DNA of 64,000 nucleotides from Spirochaetia bacterium. GTDB lineage: Bacteria; Spirochaetota; Spirochaetia; SP-2023. The stretch covers positions 1,088,001-1,152,000 of the forward strand of contig OZ253665.1 in NCBI GenBank assembly GCA_965263295.1, read 5' to 3'. Positions 1 through 9,742 of this stretch are shown in pieces. A program made the translations under genes and the position numbers. Every line of letters starts with the position of its first letter. The stretch's first letter is position 1. The notes below the pieces were generated by a model. It ran no database searches, was not told the DNA's origin, and saw nothing but the letters and a program-made list of their open reading frames with translations.

Positions 1-4
1 GAAA

Positions 5-1183
5 TTGCGCGTGGCTATGTTTACCAACAATTACCTCCCTTTTATCGGCGGAGTCCCCCTTTCTATAGCACGACTTTGTCGCGGACTAGGTCAATTCGGA
101 ACAGTCGTAAAAGTTTTCGCACCGACTTACCCAAATGCCGCAGAAGAGCTTGAAGAGAGCAATGTCTTCCGGTGTCCCACACTGTTTCGCGATCGTCTGA
201 CGGGATTTTCTGTTGCCAATGTGTTTTCCCGCAAGATCACAGCGGCGTTTCACGCATCTAAATACGACCTGATACATGTCCATCATCCCTTTTGGCTAGG
301 TAAAAAAGGGATGCAGATTGCCAAAAAAAACGGCACGCCACTAGTATTCAGCTACCACACCCGGCTGGAGCGCTACATACATTATCTGCCTTTTCCCGGA
401 GGAACGGCTCTGAAAAACCTCACAGCTCACTTTTTGATTAAGCGCTTTGCCAACAGATGCGATGCGATTATCACGCCTACGCTTTCTACAGAAGAGTACC
501 TGCGCAACCTTGGGGTTAGCGTCATAATCGAAAATATTCCCAGTGGTTTCAATGCGAAGAATTACAGTGGCTGGAAGCCACAGCAAATAAAGGACTTGCG
601 CAATCAATACGCCGCAGTTGATGAGCCACTCTTAATTTCTGTCTCGCGCATGGCTAAAGAAAAAAATCTCCATTTCTTAATCGACGGATTAGCCGAGTTA
701 AAAAAACAAATTTCGACTCCGTTTAAGTGCTTGCTGCTAGGAGATGGGCCGGAAAAAAACCGACTTGAAGACAAGGTTGACGCATTGGGCTTGAATACGA
801 ACGTCATCTTCACTGGCAGCCTGCCCCATGGCAAAGTCGCAGCATATTACCTGGCTGCCGATCTCTTTGTGTTTGCCTCCACCTCAGAAACCCAAGGCAT
901 GGTCTTAATTGAAGCTATGGCGGGTGCCTGCCCCGTAGTGGCCGTCCGCTCCAGTGGAGTCAACGATGTACTTAAAGATGGCTACAATGGGGTACTCGTC
1001 GCTGAGGACACAGAAAGCTGGGCGGAAGCAGTGGCCGGTTTATTGACGGATCGACAGCGCCTGCTGCTCTTGGCTGAAAATAGCCGCGCCTTTGCCGCTT
1101 CTTATACAGAAGAAAAGGTCGCGGAAAATGTTTTGAAATTCTATCGGCGGGTCATTGCCCTCCACGAAGCAAAACAAAGATGA
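5..1183 (+). CDS. GT4-family glycosyltransferase (diacylglycerol glucosyltransferase-like)
   Basis: N-terminal MFTNNYLPFIGGV, HVHHPF, YHT, SRMAKEKN and FASTSETQGMVLIEAMA (E-x7-E motif). The start lies at the window edge and is uncertain. Confidence 0.88.
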   Translation: MRVAMFTNNYLPFIGGVPLSIARLCRGLGQFGTVVKVFAPTYPNAAEELEESNVFRCPTLFRDRLTGFSVANVFSRKITAAFHASKYDLIHVHHPFWLGKKGMQIAKKNGTPLVFSYHTRLERYIHYLPFPGGTALKNLTAHFLIKRFANRCDAIITPTLSTEEYLRNLGVSVIIENIPSGFNAKNYSGWKPQQIKDLRNQYAAVDEPLLISVSRMAKEKNLHFLIDGLAELKKQISTPFKCLLLGDGPEKNRLEDKVDALGLNTNVIFTGSLPHGKVAAYYLAADLFVFASTSETQGMVLIEAMAGACPVVAVRSSGVNDVLKDGYNGVLVAEDTESWAEAVAGLLTDRQRLLLLAENSRAFAASYTEEKVAENVLKFYRRVIALHEAKQR

Positions 1184-1224
1184 GTCGGTGCTATCTTCGT
1201 TCTGTTACTACTTTAAAAATATCA

Positions 1225-1298
1225 TGGGCCCACCAGGACTTGAACCTGGGACATTCTGATTATGAGTCAGATGCTCTGACCGACTGAGCTATAGGCCC
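1225..1298 (-). tRNA. tRNA with CAT anticodon, most likely tRNA-Ile2 (lysidine-modified)
   Basis: Reverse complement GGGCCTATAGCTCAGTCGGTCAGAGCATCTGACTCATAATCAGAATGTCCCAGGTTCAAGTCCTGGTGGGCCCA folds into a cloverleaf. The GGGCC acceptor stem is Ile-like. CCA is not encoded. Confidence 0.9.
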
Positions 1299-1360
1299 TG
1301 TTGAATTTGCGTAAAAGTAAAATAAAGTCTTCGAATATGCCCAATTTGATTGTATGAATG

Positions 1361-1433
1361 TAGTGGCGGAGGGACTTGAACCCCCGACCGAACGGATATG
1401 AGCCGTGCGCTCTACCGACTGAGCTACGCCACC
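1361..1433 (-). tRNA. tRNA-Met (CAT), elongator type
   Basis: Reverse complement GGTGGCGTAGCTCAGTCGGTAGAGCGCACGGCTCATATCCGTTCGGTCGGGGGTTCAAGTCCCTCCGCCACTA folds into a cloverleaf. It lacks the initiator C1:A72 mismatch and the 3 G-C anticodon pairs. Confidence 0.88.
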
Positions 1434-1445
1434 AACTGGCTGTGC

Positions 1446-1473
1446 ATACTACAAAAAACAATGAAGGTGTCAA
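1446..1473 (-). promoter_or_regulatory. sigma70-type promoter for the tRNA pair
   Basis: TTGACA-N16-TAGTAT followed by GC-rich GCACAGCC just before the tRNA-Met 5' end. Confidence 0.65.
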
Positions 1474-1488
1474 GTATATAATTAGTAT

Positions 1489-2925
1489 TCAAAATAAATC
1501 GACAGGAATCAACGGCTTGCCTTCCAGATGCATATGGATATCGAGCTTTTCTGTAAATGTATCACTGTTAAGGGTACCGGTATTGTCAATCATAAAGGGC
1601 GATACATAACGCAGTAATAATTGGTCTTCCCGATTAATTTTGAACAGGAAAGAAAGCTCTTGTCCATCTTCAAATGCAAAAGTCAGCAATTGATCATAGT
1701 CATTGCGTAGCCCCACACCCATTTGATAGGGGAAGAATAAAATACCTTTTGTCGGTCCTCGTTGCAAGAAGCCATCGGCTGCCAGGGCAGATGTATTGGA
1801 CCAACTAAATCGACCGTCAGCCTGGAATTGGATTGATCCGTAACGCTCGGCAGCACTGAACTGGCTACCCTTTTGGAATATAGTGGACAAAGCAACCTTG
1901 CGTTGAGCCAGGGCCTGTTTTTGGTAGTTCTGTAATTCTTCCTTGCCGATATTTTGTAGTCCGATAATCAACTCTTCCCCGTTCTTGGCATGATAATAAA
2001 AAGAAATTTCATCTGCTTTGACAAATATTGCGCGTGCCTGTCTCTCGTTAAAATCAATTTCAGCAGAGTCATCAATAGCAATACTATCAAGATCATAGGG
2101 GATCACCTCTGTGGGTTCTTGCGATGGCTGTAAGTAAAGTTCAATTTGCTCGGTTCCCGTGTTCACATAAAACTGCCCCTTAAACTGCCCCTCGTTGTCT
2201 GACAACATTAGCAGGCGAAGATCAATCATTCGACCACTGCGCAACAACTGGGCATATTTCTTCTGGTACCAGATCCCTTTGAGATTGTCGAAGCCAATGT
2301 CTAGTTCGTCCCGGCTCTGTTCCAAAGCTGCCAGTTTAATCACCTGTTCAGAACCGGACTTTGAACGATTCTCCAGCCGGAGATGGTGATCAAAGACGAA
2401 GCCGCGCACTCCGTCTTCGGTAAGGACTTCGTACCAGCGTCCTTCAAGATTCCCTAGTGTCATTGAATCAGAGGCTCGGTCTAGAATCTTAATGGTTTGC
2501 CGGGGGCGCAAACGATAAACTTGCTGAGCTTTGTGATCTGGCGCAGAGCGCATCACCAGACCTCCAGAATTCATATTGACAGCGTACCAGTCTTCAAACT
2601 GGACAAATTGCTGGCGGTATTCTTCTGCCCTAGGGCGGTGGCGAAAAAAGGCAATCCGGCCAATGGAAATACTGTATTCTTTCCCGTCACGACTGAAAAT
2701 ATAGCTATTGCTAACCCGTGATTCCCCCGATATTGCAATGATATCACCGTTGCTCAATCCTTGCATATTTTGTGCGTCCGGATCTCCCCACAACACAACG
2801 CCGTAACCCAGAATATTTAAACACGACAGGGGGGACAGGATCAAGGCCAACACAGCTAGTATTATTTTAAAGTAAACTGTATATAAGCTAGAAGTTCTCA
2901 ATTTCTTACAAGCCAAATGAATCAT
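1489..2925 (-). CDS. SH3 domain-containing exported protein (spirochaete type, possible lipoprotein)
   Basis: Hydrophobic N-terminus ending ...SPLSC; SH3b-like segment LVMRSAPD...WYEVLTEDGVRGFVF; AGGAG RBS upstream. Confidence 0.75.
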   Translation of the reverse strand: MIHLACKKLRTSSLYTVYFKIILAVLALILSPLSCLNILGYGVVLWGDPDAQNMQGLSNGDIIAISGESRVSNSYIFSRDGKEYSISIGRIAFFRHRPRAEEYRQQFVQFEDWYAVNMNSGGLVMRSAPDHKAQQVYRLRPRQTIKILDRASDSMTLGNLEGRWYEVLTEDGVRGFVFDHHLRLENRSKSGSEQVIKLAALEQSRDELDIGFDNLKGIWYQKKYAQLLRSGRMIDLRLLMLSDNEGQFKGQFYVNTGTEQIELYLQPSQEPTEVIPYDLDSIAIDDSAEIDFNERQARAIFVKADEISFYYHAKNGEELIIGLQNIGKEELQNYQKQALAQRKVALSTIFQKGSQFSAAERYGSIQFQADGRFSWSNTSALAADGFLQRGPTKGILFFPYQMGVGLRNDYDQLLTFAFEDGQELSFLFKINREDQLLLRYVSPFMIDNTGTLNSDTFTEKLDIHMHLEGKPLIPVDLF

Positions 2926-3057
2926 CTCCTAAAATCGCCCTCAGGTGGACCTTTGTACTGGCCTGAAGTAAATCAATTGAAAGCAACCAATTAGCCCTCT
3001 GAGCACGAACATTACTTCAGCTCATTTAAACAATCACTTTATCGGGTGCAGATTTTT

Positions 3058-3091
3058 AAAAAACGAGTAAGGCCTTGACCCTACTCGTTTT
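3058..3091 (-). terminator. Intrinsic terminator downstream of the flavodiiron gene
   Basis: Minus strand ACGAGTAGGG-TCAAGG-CCTTACTCGT followed by a T run. Confidence 0.75.
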
Positions 3092-3124
3092 CGCTCGTTT
3101 GACGAGTGACTTAATATAACAGCT

Positions 3125-4393
3125 TTATTTCAAAGCGTACTCTTTAACCTGACGAGCGAGTTCACGTGCTGATTCGTAACCTTTCTGCAAAACTTCCGGC
3201 AAAGCGTGACCTTGCCACTCGACTTCAGGCAGACAGTCCCATTCAAGGCCCGCGGTCAGCTGGGCGAACTCCTTGGAAGCGCCACCGGACCAGCCAAAAC
3301 CTCCGACGCGCAGGACTTTTTTGCGCTTGACTTCCTTGCGCCCCAGATCATCCAGCAAATGAGCCATGGGAGGGAACATCCGATACTCGTAAGTAGGCAT
3401 GGCACAAACGATGCCGGAAGAACGCCAAGCACTGCCCAGTATATAGCCGATGTCATCGTTAGGGACACGATATACGTGGACTCGAACCCCCTCAGAGTGT
3501 AGGCCTTCAATGACTTTGTCCACCATCTGTTTGGTATAGCCATACATACTGCCCCAGACGACGGTAACCTCCGGCTCAGCCGGCCCTTCGGCATATTTTG
3601 CCAGGCGTATATAAGCGTCAATAATTTTATCCTTTTTGGATCGCCAGACGACGCCATGAGAAGGACAAATCATGCTAATTTGCGGAACTAAAGGTTCTAG
3701 TTTAGCTATGGCCCGGACCACAAAGCGGGAAAACTTAGCGACAATATTGGCGTAGTAACGCTCAGCCTCAAGAATGTACCACTCTTGCTTGGCATCGGAA
3801 ATCTGATCGTCAAATATTTCGTCGACACGACCATACGAGCCAAAGGCATCACAGGAAAACAAAGCCCCGCTGCTTTGCTCAAAAGTCACCATAACTTCCG
3901 GCCAGTGGACATTGGGAGCATGGAAAAACTGCAAAACTTTGCCGGCTCCCAGATCGAGAGTGTCGCCATCCTGAACCTCGACAATGCGCTCAAGAGGTAT
4001 AGAGGCGAACGCCTGGATTCCGGCAACCGCCTTCGGAGTACAGTAGAATTTGGCTTTGCTATTGACGCGAGCCATTACCGGCAGAAAGCCTGCGTGATCA
4101 GGCTCCAGGTGATTAACGATAACGTAATCAATATCATTCAAAGGAAAGCCAACCTCTTCCAACTGCTTGGTATAGCGATCCGGAAAATCAAATAATATCT
4201 GTGTCAAGTCGATGATGGCCTTCTTTTCGCCGCGCACCGCATATCCATTGATAGATGTACCATCCGGAATCGGCCAAAGGCCTTCAAATAGGTAATCCGG
4301 ATCCTCGATATTGACCCCGACATGGAAAATCCCCTCTGAAAGTTCTGTAGCTTTATTCCAGACAAAGCCAGGTAAATCATACGTAGATGCCAT
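3125..4393 (-). CDS. fprA: Flavodiiron protein (FprA/A-type flavoprotein; O2/NO reductase)
   Basis: Diiron ligand motifs NHLEPDH, HWP, SCDAFG and PSHG; flavodoxin domain SMYGYT...GWSGG. Start moved to ATG 4393, which follows an AGGAGG RBS. Confidence 0.92.
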   Translation of the reverse strand: MASTYDLPGFVWNKATELSEGIFHVGVNIEDPDYLFEGLWPIPDGTSINGYAVRGEKKAIIDLTQILFDFPDRYTKQLEEVGFPLNDIDYVIVNHLEPDHAGFLPVMARVNSKAKFYCTPKAVAGIQAFASIPLERIVEVQDGDTLDLGAGKVLQFFHAPNVHWPEVMVTFEQSSGALFSCDAFGSYGRVDEIFDDQISDAKQEWYILEAERYYANIVAKFSRFVVRAIAKLEPLVPQISMICPSHGVVWRSKKDKIIDAYIRLAKYAEGPAEPEVTVVWGSMYGYTKQMVDKVIEGLHSEGVRVHVYRVPNDDIGYILGSAWRSSGIVCAMPTYEYRMFPPMAHLLDDLGRKEVKRKKVLRVGGFGWSGGASKEFAQLTAGLEWDCLPEVEWQGHALPEVLQKGYESARELARQVKEYALK

Positions 4394-4427
4394 TAGCGTC
4401 CTCCTCAATGTTATAGTACTTTGCTAT

Positions 4428-4456
4428 ATAGTAACAAGGTACTAATATATTGTCAA
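4428..4456 (-). promoter_or_regulatory. sigma70-type promoter of fprA
   Basis: TTGACA-N17-TACTAT on the minus strand. Confidence 0.65.
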
Positions 4457-4526
4457 ATATAAAAATATCAGGTTAACCGAGTATCCAGAGTATTGTCGTT
4501 CCCTAGCTTGTGGTATGTAATATGAT

Positions 4527-5342
4527 TTATTCTTGCATGCCATCTTTGCTTATTTGGTAATATTGTTTTATTATCTCCAGGTCTGCCGCGACCGTCAATT
4601 TCAGATTGAAGATTTCGCCGGGTACTATTTTAATGTCTTCTGAAGGTTGATAATTAAGAATCATGGAGATATCATCAGTAATCGGGAATTTCTGCTGAGC
4701 CCGGCGTTTTCGGTGTTGGGCAAAGGCCAAGCGCAGGGTTTGCAGTTCGAAGCTTTGTGGAGTCTGGCTTTGCATGATTTGGGAACGGTCCAGGACCCGT
4801 GCGACATGATTTTGCTGCCGGACAAAGAGGCTGTCTTGAGCGGGGATGGCGCAGACCACAGCGTTGCAGGCACATAACTGTTGCAATGTATCATCAATCA
4901 TGCGTTTATTCACCAAGGGGCGGGCGGCGTCGTGGATCAAAACCTGTATACGGCGCCGTGGGGACTCGTCCTGCCATTGCTGGCAGAACTCCAACGCCTG
5001 GCAGCTGGAGTCACTGCGTTCTCGGCCTCCCGCGAGAACGTAACTGGGAGCCATTTGCGCGGCGGCAGGATGCCGGTGAATATGAGCCCGGATGGTCTCT
5101 ACATATTCATCGGGCAAGACGAGGCAGACTTTGTGGATTGCCGGGTGTCGGGCGTAGCGTAGCCAACTGTGCTCCCATAGCGGTTTCCCGTCTAGGGGCC
5201 AAAACTGCTTGGGCAGTTGGCCGGCCTCTGGTCCACGGTCTGGCTCTTGACTGGTCGGAGGGACTTGGCTTGCTTGGGCAGCCCGGCGGCCAGTTCCACC
5301 AGCCAAAATAATTGCGATATTTAAAGGCTCTGGGAAATTCAT
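4527..5342 (-). CDS. ispD: IspD/TarI-family cytidylyltransferase
   Basis: AGGTGRR...LPKQF, GGRERSDS, IHDAARP, QTPQSF, TDD and NLKLT motifs. IspD versus TarI cannot be separated by eye. Confidence 0.8.
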   Translation of the reverse strand: MNFPEPLNIAIILAGGTGRRAAQASQVPPTSQEPDRGPEAGQLPKQFWPLDGKPLWEHSWLRYARHPAIHKVCLVLPDEYVETIRAHIHRHPAAAQMAPSYVLAGGRERSDSSCQALEFCQQWQDESPRRRIQVLIHDAARPLVNKRMIDDTLQQLCACNAVVCAIPAQDSLFVRQQNHVARVLDRSQIMQSQTPQSFELQTLRLAFAQHRKRRAQQKFPITDDISMILNYQPSEDIKIVPGEIFNLKLTVAADLEIIKQYYQISKDGMQE

Positions 5343-5389
5343 GTTTCGATATATAGTGCAAAGCCGCTTTTTCCGCTAGTATCTCGCCT

Positions 5390-6886
5390 GTGAAAGTAGT
5401 AATCGTAGGCGCTGGCAGTATTGGCTTCCAGTTGGCCCGGCAATTGATCGACGAGGGAAAAGATGTCGCCTTGCTCGAGAAGAATCCCGCAGTGCAGCGT
5501 TATGCCAGCGAGCGTTTGGATTGTAAAGTGGAGCTGGCTTCTGGCACTGATGTCGACGCTCTGCAGGGTGTCAATCTGAACGATGCCGATTTTTTTGTGG
5601 CCCTGACCGATTCGGACGAGGTCAATTTGGCTTCTTCTTACATTGTCGGGGCACAATTCCCGAATTTGATAAAAATTATTCGTATCCGTAACTTAGAGTA
5701 TAAATCAATCCACGTCATTGAGCGCTCAGTCGTCGGGCCGTGCTTTGTCGTTCACCCGCCGCGAGAGACGGCAGAAGCGATTTTAAAGACCATAGAACAT
5801 GGCGCTGTGGGTTATATTTATGAGTTTGCCGACGGGGAGATTCAACTGCGAAGTTTTATGCTCCATGAAGAACAGAAAAAAATTGTCGGCAAAAACGTTC
5901 AACAGCTACGGAATGATTCATCTGTTTCCTTTCTGATACCGTTGTTACGTCGCGACGGGATGGTTTTAATTCCAAACGCTCAAACTGTTTTAAACGGAAA
6001 AGACACGATTTATATTGCTTCAGAGCAGCGTCACATTGGCCACATTATCGAACAATTTGGCCTAGGCGCATTCAATTCCAGTAAAAAAGTTATTATTCTC
6101 GGAGGCGGTGAAATTGCGATTACGGTTGGGCGCCTACTAATGTCCAATAAGGAGCAGCCACCGAAGAAAACCAAAGAAAAGAAAGAAAGAGGTCTTTGGT
6201 ACAGTTTAACTAAGTGGTTTCGCAAAACTATCAGTTTCCAACGTTATAGAATCAAATATATTGAACGCGATTACAATCGCTGTAAGTCCATCAAGTCGCG
6301 GTTGCCCGCTGTCGAAGTCCTGAACGTGGATGTCACGGAAGAAAACTTATTTGAAGAAGAAAATCTGACCACGGCTAATATTTTTATCGCGGCCACGGAC
6401 AACCAAGAGTTAAATATTGTGACGGCTTTATATGCTAAAAATACGGGTATTCGCCGGGCCATTGTATTGGTTCGCAGCAAACAGATGCACAATGTCGCTT
6501 CCAGTCTCGGCCTGGATGTGATTGTCAGTACCAGTAATACCATGGTTAATTCCATATTGCGTCACGTCCACGGTGAAAATGTACACAATATCCAGAGTTT
6601 AGTCGACGGCGATATGGAAATTCTGGAGCTGCAAGTCGGCGCGAATTCCGTCGTTGTCGATAAAGCGCTGAACGAAATCCGTTTCCCCGATGAAAAGACT
6701 ATTATTACATATATTTATCGCAAAGAAGGCACCATTTTGCCCACAGGGTCGACGGTGTTACAGCGCGGTGATCGAGTAATACTGATCACCGATAAGGAAA
6801 GGCGAGAACGCATGGTGCAATTGTTTAACGGTGCCGTTGAGGCGGCTGACGCCGCATCGACAAATGCCACGAAGCGGAATAAATAA
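5390..6886 (+). CDS. trkA: Trk system potassium uptake regulatory subunit TrkA
   Basis: Two RCK units (GAGSIG and GGGEIA), ALTDSDEVN and AATDNQELN; adjacent to trkH. Confidence 0.92.
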   Translation: MKVVIVGAGSIGFQLARQLIDEGKDVALLEKNPAVQRYASERLDCKVELASGTDVDALQGVNLNDADFFVALTDSDEVNLASSYIVGAQFPNLIKIIRIRNLEYKSIHVIERSVVGPCFVVHPPRETAEAILKTIEHGAVGYIYEFADGEIQLRSFMLHEEQKKIVGKNVQQLRNDSSVSFLIPLLRRDGMVLIPNAQTVLNGKDTIYIASEQRHIGHIIEQFGLGAFNSSKKVIILGGGEIAITVGRLLMSNKEQPPKKTKEKKERGLWYSLTKWFRKTISFQRYRIKYIERDYNRCKSIKSRLPAVEVLNVDVTEENLFEEENLTTANIFIAATDNQELNIVTALYAKNTGIRRAIVLVRSKQMHNVASSLGLDVIVSTSNTMVNSILRHVHGENVHNIQSLVDGDMEILELQVGANSVVVDKALNEIRFPDEKTIITYIYRKEGTILPTGSTVLQRGDRVILITDKERRERMVQLFNGAVEAADAASTNATKRNK

Positions 6887-6903
6887 GCCAGGGTAATCCC
6901 AAA

Positions 6904-8370
6904 ATGAACTTTCGGGTACTGTGTTTAGGGCTTTCTGCGTTAATGTTGATTATTGCAGTACTGATGTTCGTTCCGCTCTGGGTCGCCCTGCTATTCAAAG
7001 AATGGCATCTCGTTGGGGCTTTTCTTGTGCCGATTGGTTTTAGCCTGCTTTTGTTTGGCAGTTTATTGTGGGTTTTATCGCGCAAGCGTAAACTGAACAG
7101 GAGTCTGGTTCCGCACGATGCATTGCTATTAGTATCCTTCTCCTGGTTTTTTGTCTCGGCTCTGTCCGCCTTACCTTTTGTTATCTCCGGCGAAATTCCC
7201 AGTTTTGTCGATGCATTTTTTGAGACAATCTCCGGTTATACAACTACAGGAGCGAGTATCCTCAGTGACATTGAAGGACTTTCTAAAGGTTTACTGTTTT
7301 GGCGTGCAATGACGCACTGGTTGGGGGGTATGGGCTTTATTGTCCTGACCATAGCTCTGTTCCCGCTTTTGGGAATTAGCGGAGCCCAGCTGATGCGGGC
7401 AGAAGCTCCCGGTCCCGATCTCGATAAAGTGACTTATCGTATAAACAATACTGCCAAGCTTTTGTGGTTGATTTATACCATTATGACTTTCGCTGAAACA
7501 CTATTGTTATGGTTGGGTGGGATGAGTCTTTTTGATGCCGTAACGCACAGTTTTGCCACGATGGCCACAGGCGGATACTCGACCAAAAATGCCAGTGTCG
7601 GAGCCTTTAACTCAAAGTATCTTCAATCGGTTATCACTATATTCATGATTTTGGCGGGTTGTAACTTTATGATGTATTATCATGCATTTGCTCGCAAGTG
7701 GGATAAAATTCGGGCTAATACCGAACTTAAAGTTTATCTCTGCATATTTGTCGTTTTCAGTTTGTGTATCGCCTTAACTTTGGACATACAATACCAGCCT
7801 GGCAAGACTTTTGGCGCCAGTTTGCTCGATGCTTCGTTTCAAGTCGCCAGTATCTTGACGACGACAGGTTTTGCCACCGTCGACTACAATCGCTGGCCAG
7901 AAAGCGTTAAGGCTTTGTTGTTTTTATTGATGTTTGTCGGTGGTTCGGCCGGGTCAACAGCTGGGGGTATCAAAGTCATCCGCGTCATTTGCTTGATAAA
8001 AAAAGCGACCCTGGAGCTGCGTTACATGTTGAACCCAAGGGGCTTCTTTCGTATTTCGGTCAACGGCCAATCCATGGGCAGTCTGGTAATTGCCGCGATT
8101 CTGGGGTTTTTAGTTCTGTATATTTTACTGCTATTCCTGACGACCTTGGTACTGACTCTTTTTGGTAGCGATTTGCTGACGGCATTTTCCGGAGCCCTAG
8201 CGATTTTAGGCAATATCGGCCCCGGTTTTGGGGGGTTTGGCCCGGCCATGAACTATGGTCATTTGCACCCTTTTGTCAAAGTTTTTCTTTCAATTATCAT
8301 GGTGATCGGGCGTTTAGAACTTTATACCGTTCTTGTATTGTTGATGCCACGCTTTTGGCGTAGCTTTTAA
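6904..8370 (+). CDS. trkH: Trk system potassium uptake membrane protein TrkH
   Basis: FFETISGYTTTG, ATGGYS, TTTGF, GGSAGSTAGGIK, GNIGPG and GRLE motifs. Confidence 0.95.
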   Translation: MNFRVLCLGLSALMLIIAVLMFVPLWVALLFKEWHLVGAFLVPIGFSLLLFGSLLWVLSRKRKLNRSLVPHDALLLVSFSWFFVSALSALPFVISGEIPSFVDAFFETISGYTTTGASILSDIEGLSKGLLFWRAMTHWLGGMGFIVLTIALFPLLGISGAQLMRAEAPGPDLDKVTYRINNTAKLLWLIYTIMTFAETLLLWLGGMSLFDAVTHSFATMATGGYSTKNASVGAFNSKYLQSVITIFMILAGCNFMMYYHAFARKWDKIRANTELKVYLCIFVVFSLCIALTLDIQYQPGKTFGASLLDASFQVASILTTTGFATVDYNRWPESVKALLFLLMFVGGSAGSTAGGIKVIRVICLIKKATLELRYMLNPRGFFRISVNGQSMGSLVIAAILGFLVLYILLLFLTTLVLTLFGSDLLTAFSGALAILGNIGPGFGGFGPAMNYGHLHPFVKVFLSIIMVIGRLELYTVLVLLMPRFWRSF

Positions 8371-8412
8371 ACGGGTAAAATATAAAATTGGCGATTTGTG
8401 AATTTTCTCATT

Positions 8413-8456
8413 TTAAAAACGTGTAGTCACAACAGCATGAAATCACACGTTTTTAA
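8413..8456. terminator. Probable bidirectional terminator between convergent trkH and rplS
   Basis: 12-bp perfect inverted repeat TTAAAAACGTGT / ACACGTTTTTAA with a 20-nt loop. Confidence 0.6.
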
Positions 8457-8488
8457 GTGAGCTAGCAGATAGTAATTTATGCTTTAAT

Positions 8489-8848
8489 TTATGCTTTCTT
8501 ACGGCCTACCAGTTCGCGGACACGGGCGGACTTGCCAGATCGTTCGCGCAGATAATATAATTTGGCACGGCGTACGCGACCGCGGCGCACCACTTCAATA
8601 CGTTTAATACGGGGTGAATGCAGCGGGAAAATACGTTCCACACCAACACCGAAGGAAATTTTGCGCACGGTGAATGTCTCGCGAATACCACCATGGCTAA
8701 AACCAATCGTTATACCTTCATATATCTGGATACGCTCTGTCCCTCCCTCTACAATCTGGTAATGGATCTTGACCGTATCGCCGACGCGAAAATTTTTGCG
8801 ATCAGCTACCATTTGCTCTGCTTCCAGAGCAGAAATCATAATGCTCAT
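8489..8848 (-). CDS. rplS: 50S ribosomal protein L19
   Basis: [24 protein letters not shown] and [10 protein letters not shown]. Confidence 0.98.
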   Translation of the reverse strand: MSIMISALEAEQMVADRKNFRVGDTVKIHYQIVEGGTERIQIYEGITIGFSHGGIRETFTVRKISFGVGVERIFPLHSPRIKRIEVVRRGRVRRAKLYYLRERSGKSARVRELVGRKKA

Positions 8849-8881
8849 CTTATCTCCTTTTGTCTCCTTTTGAGTCGTTTT

Positions 8882-9733
8882 CTAATTATCGTTCTGTAAA
8901 GACCGCAGCAAATCCAAGGTTTGGCTATTCAGTTGTCCGCTTTCCTGAGCCCGCTGCAGAAGTTCTGGACGCCGGGCAATAGTACGTTTTAGACTTTGCT
9001 CTAGGCGCCACAAAAAAATCTTTTCATGGTGCCCCGAAAGCAGTACCTGGGGCACTCTTTGCCCGCCAAAAGACTCAGGGCGAGTATATTGAGGATATTC
9101 CAGCAAAGCTCTAGAAAAGCTTTCCGAATCCAGAGAATCTCTATTGATGACACCCTCGCAAAGCCTATAAATGGCATCCGTCAAACATAGACTCCCCAGC
9201 TCCCCAGAAGAGATCACATAATCGCCAATTGACAATTCTAAGTCAACATACTGATCGATAACTCTCTGGTCAATCCCTTCGTATCTGCCGCATATAAAGA
9301 TAATTTCATCTTTAATTTTATTGTTATTATTTAGTTTTTTTATCGTATTAGGGGTATTAAAATTTTGCAGGATTCTTGCCGATTGACTTAAAAGATCAAG
9401 AAACTCGTCATTTTGTACTTGGCCCAGGCGACTCAAAGCCATTGCAAGCTTCTGCTGCATGGGGTAACCGCTCGGCGTGGGGTAGATGCAAAATTTGTCA
9501 CGGGCCTGGACGCTCTCGAGGGCGCGAGCGAGTGGTTCACTTTTTAATAGCATGCCAGCGCCTCCTCCATAGGGAGCATCGTCACAGGCATGATAGGGAT
9601 TATCCGTGGCAAAATCGCGGATTTGCAAGATAAAATATTGAATCAGGCCCTTTTCCACTGCTCGCTTCATAATAGAATTTTGGAAAAAGGATTCAATGAT
9701 TGCCGGGAAAAGGGTTAGGTAAGTGAACTTCAT
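8882..9733 (-). CDS. trmD: tRNA (guanine37-N1)-methyltransferase
   Basis: DDAPYGGGAGM, ICGRYEGIDQRV, SIGDYVISSGE and LEYPQYTRP; canonical operon position. Confidence 0.97.
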   Translation of the reverse strand: MKFTYLTLFPAIIESFFQNSIMKRAVEKGLIQYFILQIRDFATDNPYHACDDAPYGGGAGMLLKSEPLARALESVQARDKFCIYPTPSGYPMQQKLAMALSRLGQVQNDEFLDLLSQSARILQNFNTPNTIKKLNNNNKIKDEIIFICGRYEGIDQRVIDQYVDLELSIGDYVISSGELGSLCLTDAIYRLCEGVINRDSLDSESFSRALLEYPQYTRPESFGGQRVPQVLLSGHHEKIFLWRLEQSLKRTIARRPELLQRAQESGQLNSQTLDLLRSLQNDN

Positions 9734-9742
9734 AAGTGCTGG

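Noticed and set aside
1361..1433. Initiator tRNA-fMet
   Set aside because: No C1:A72 mismatch and no three consecutive G-C pairs in the anticodon stem.
1267..1609. ORFs 1267-1473 and 1376-1609
   Set aside because: They overlap the tRNA genes and are spurious translations.
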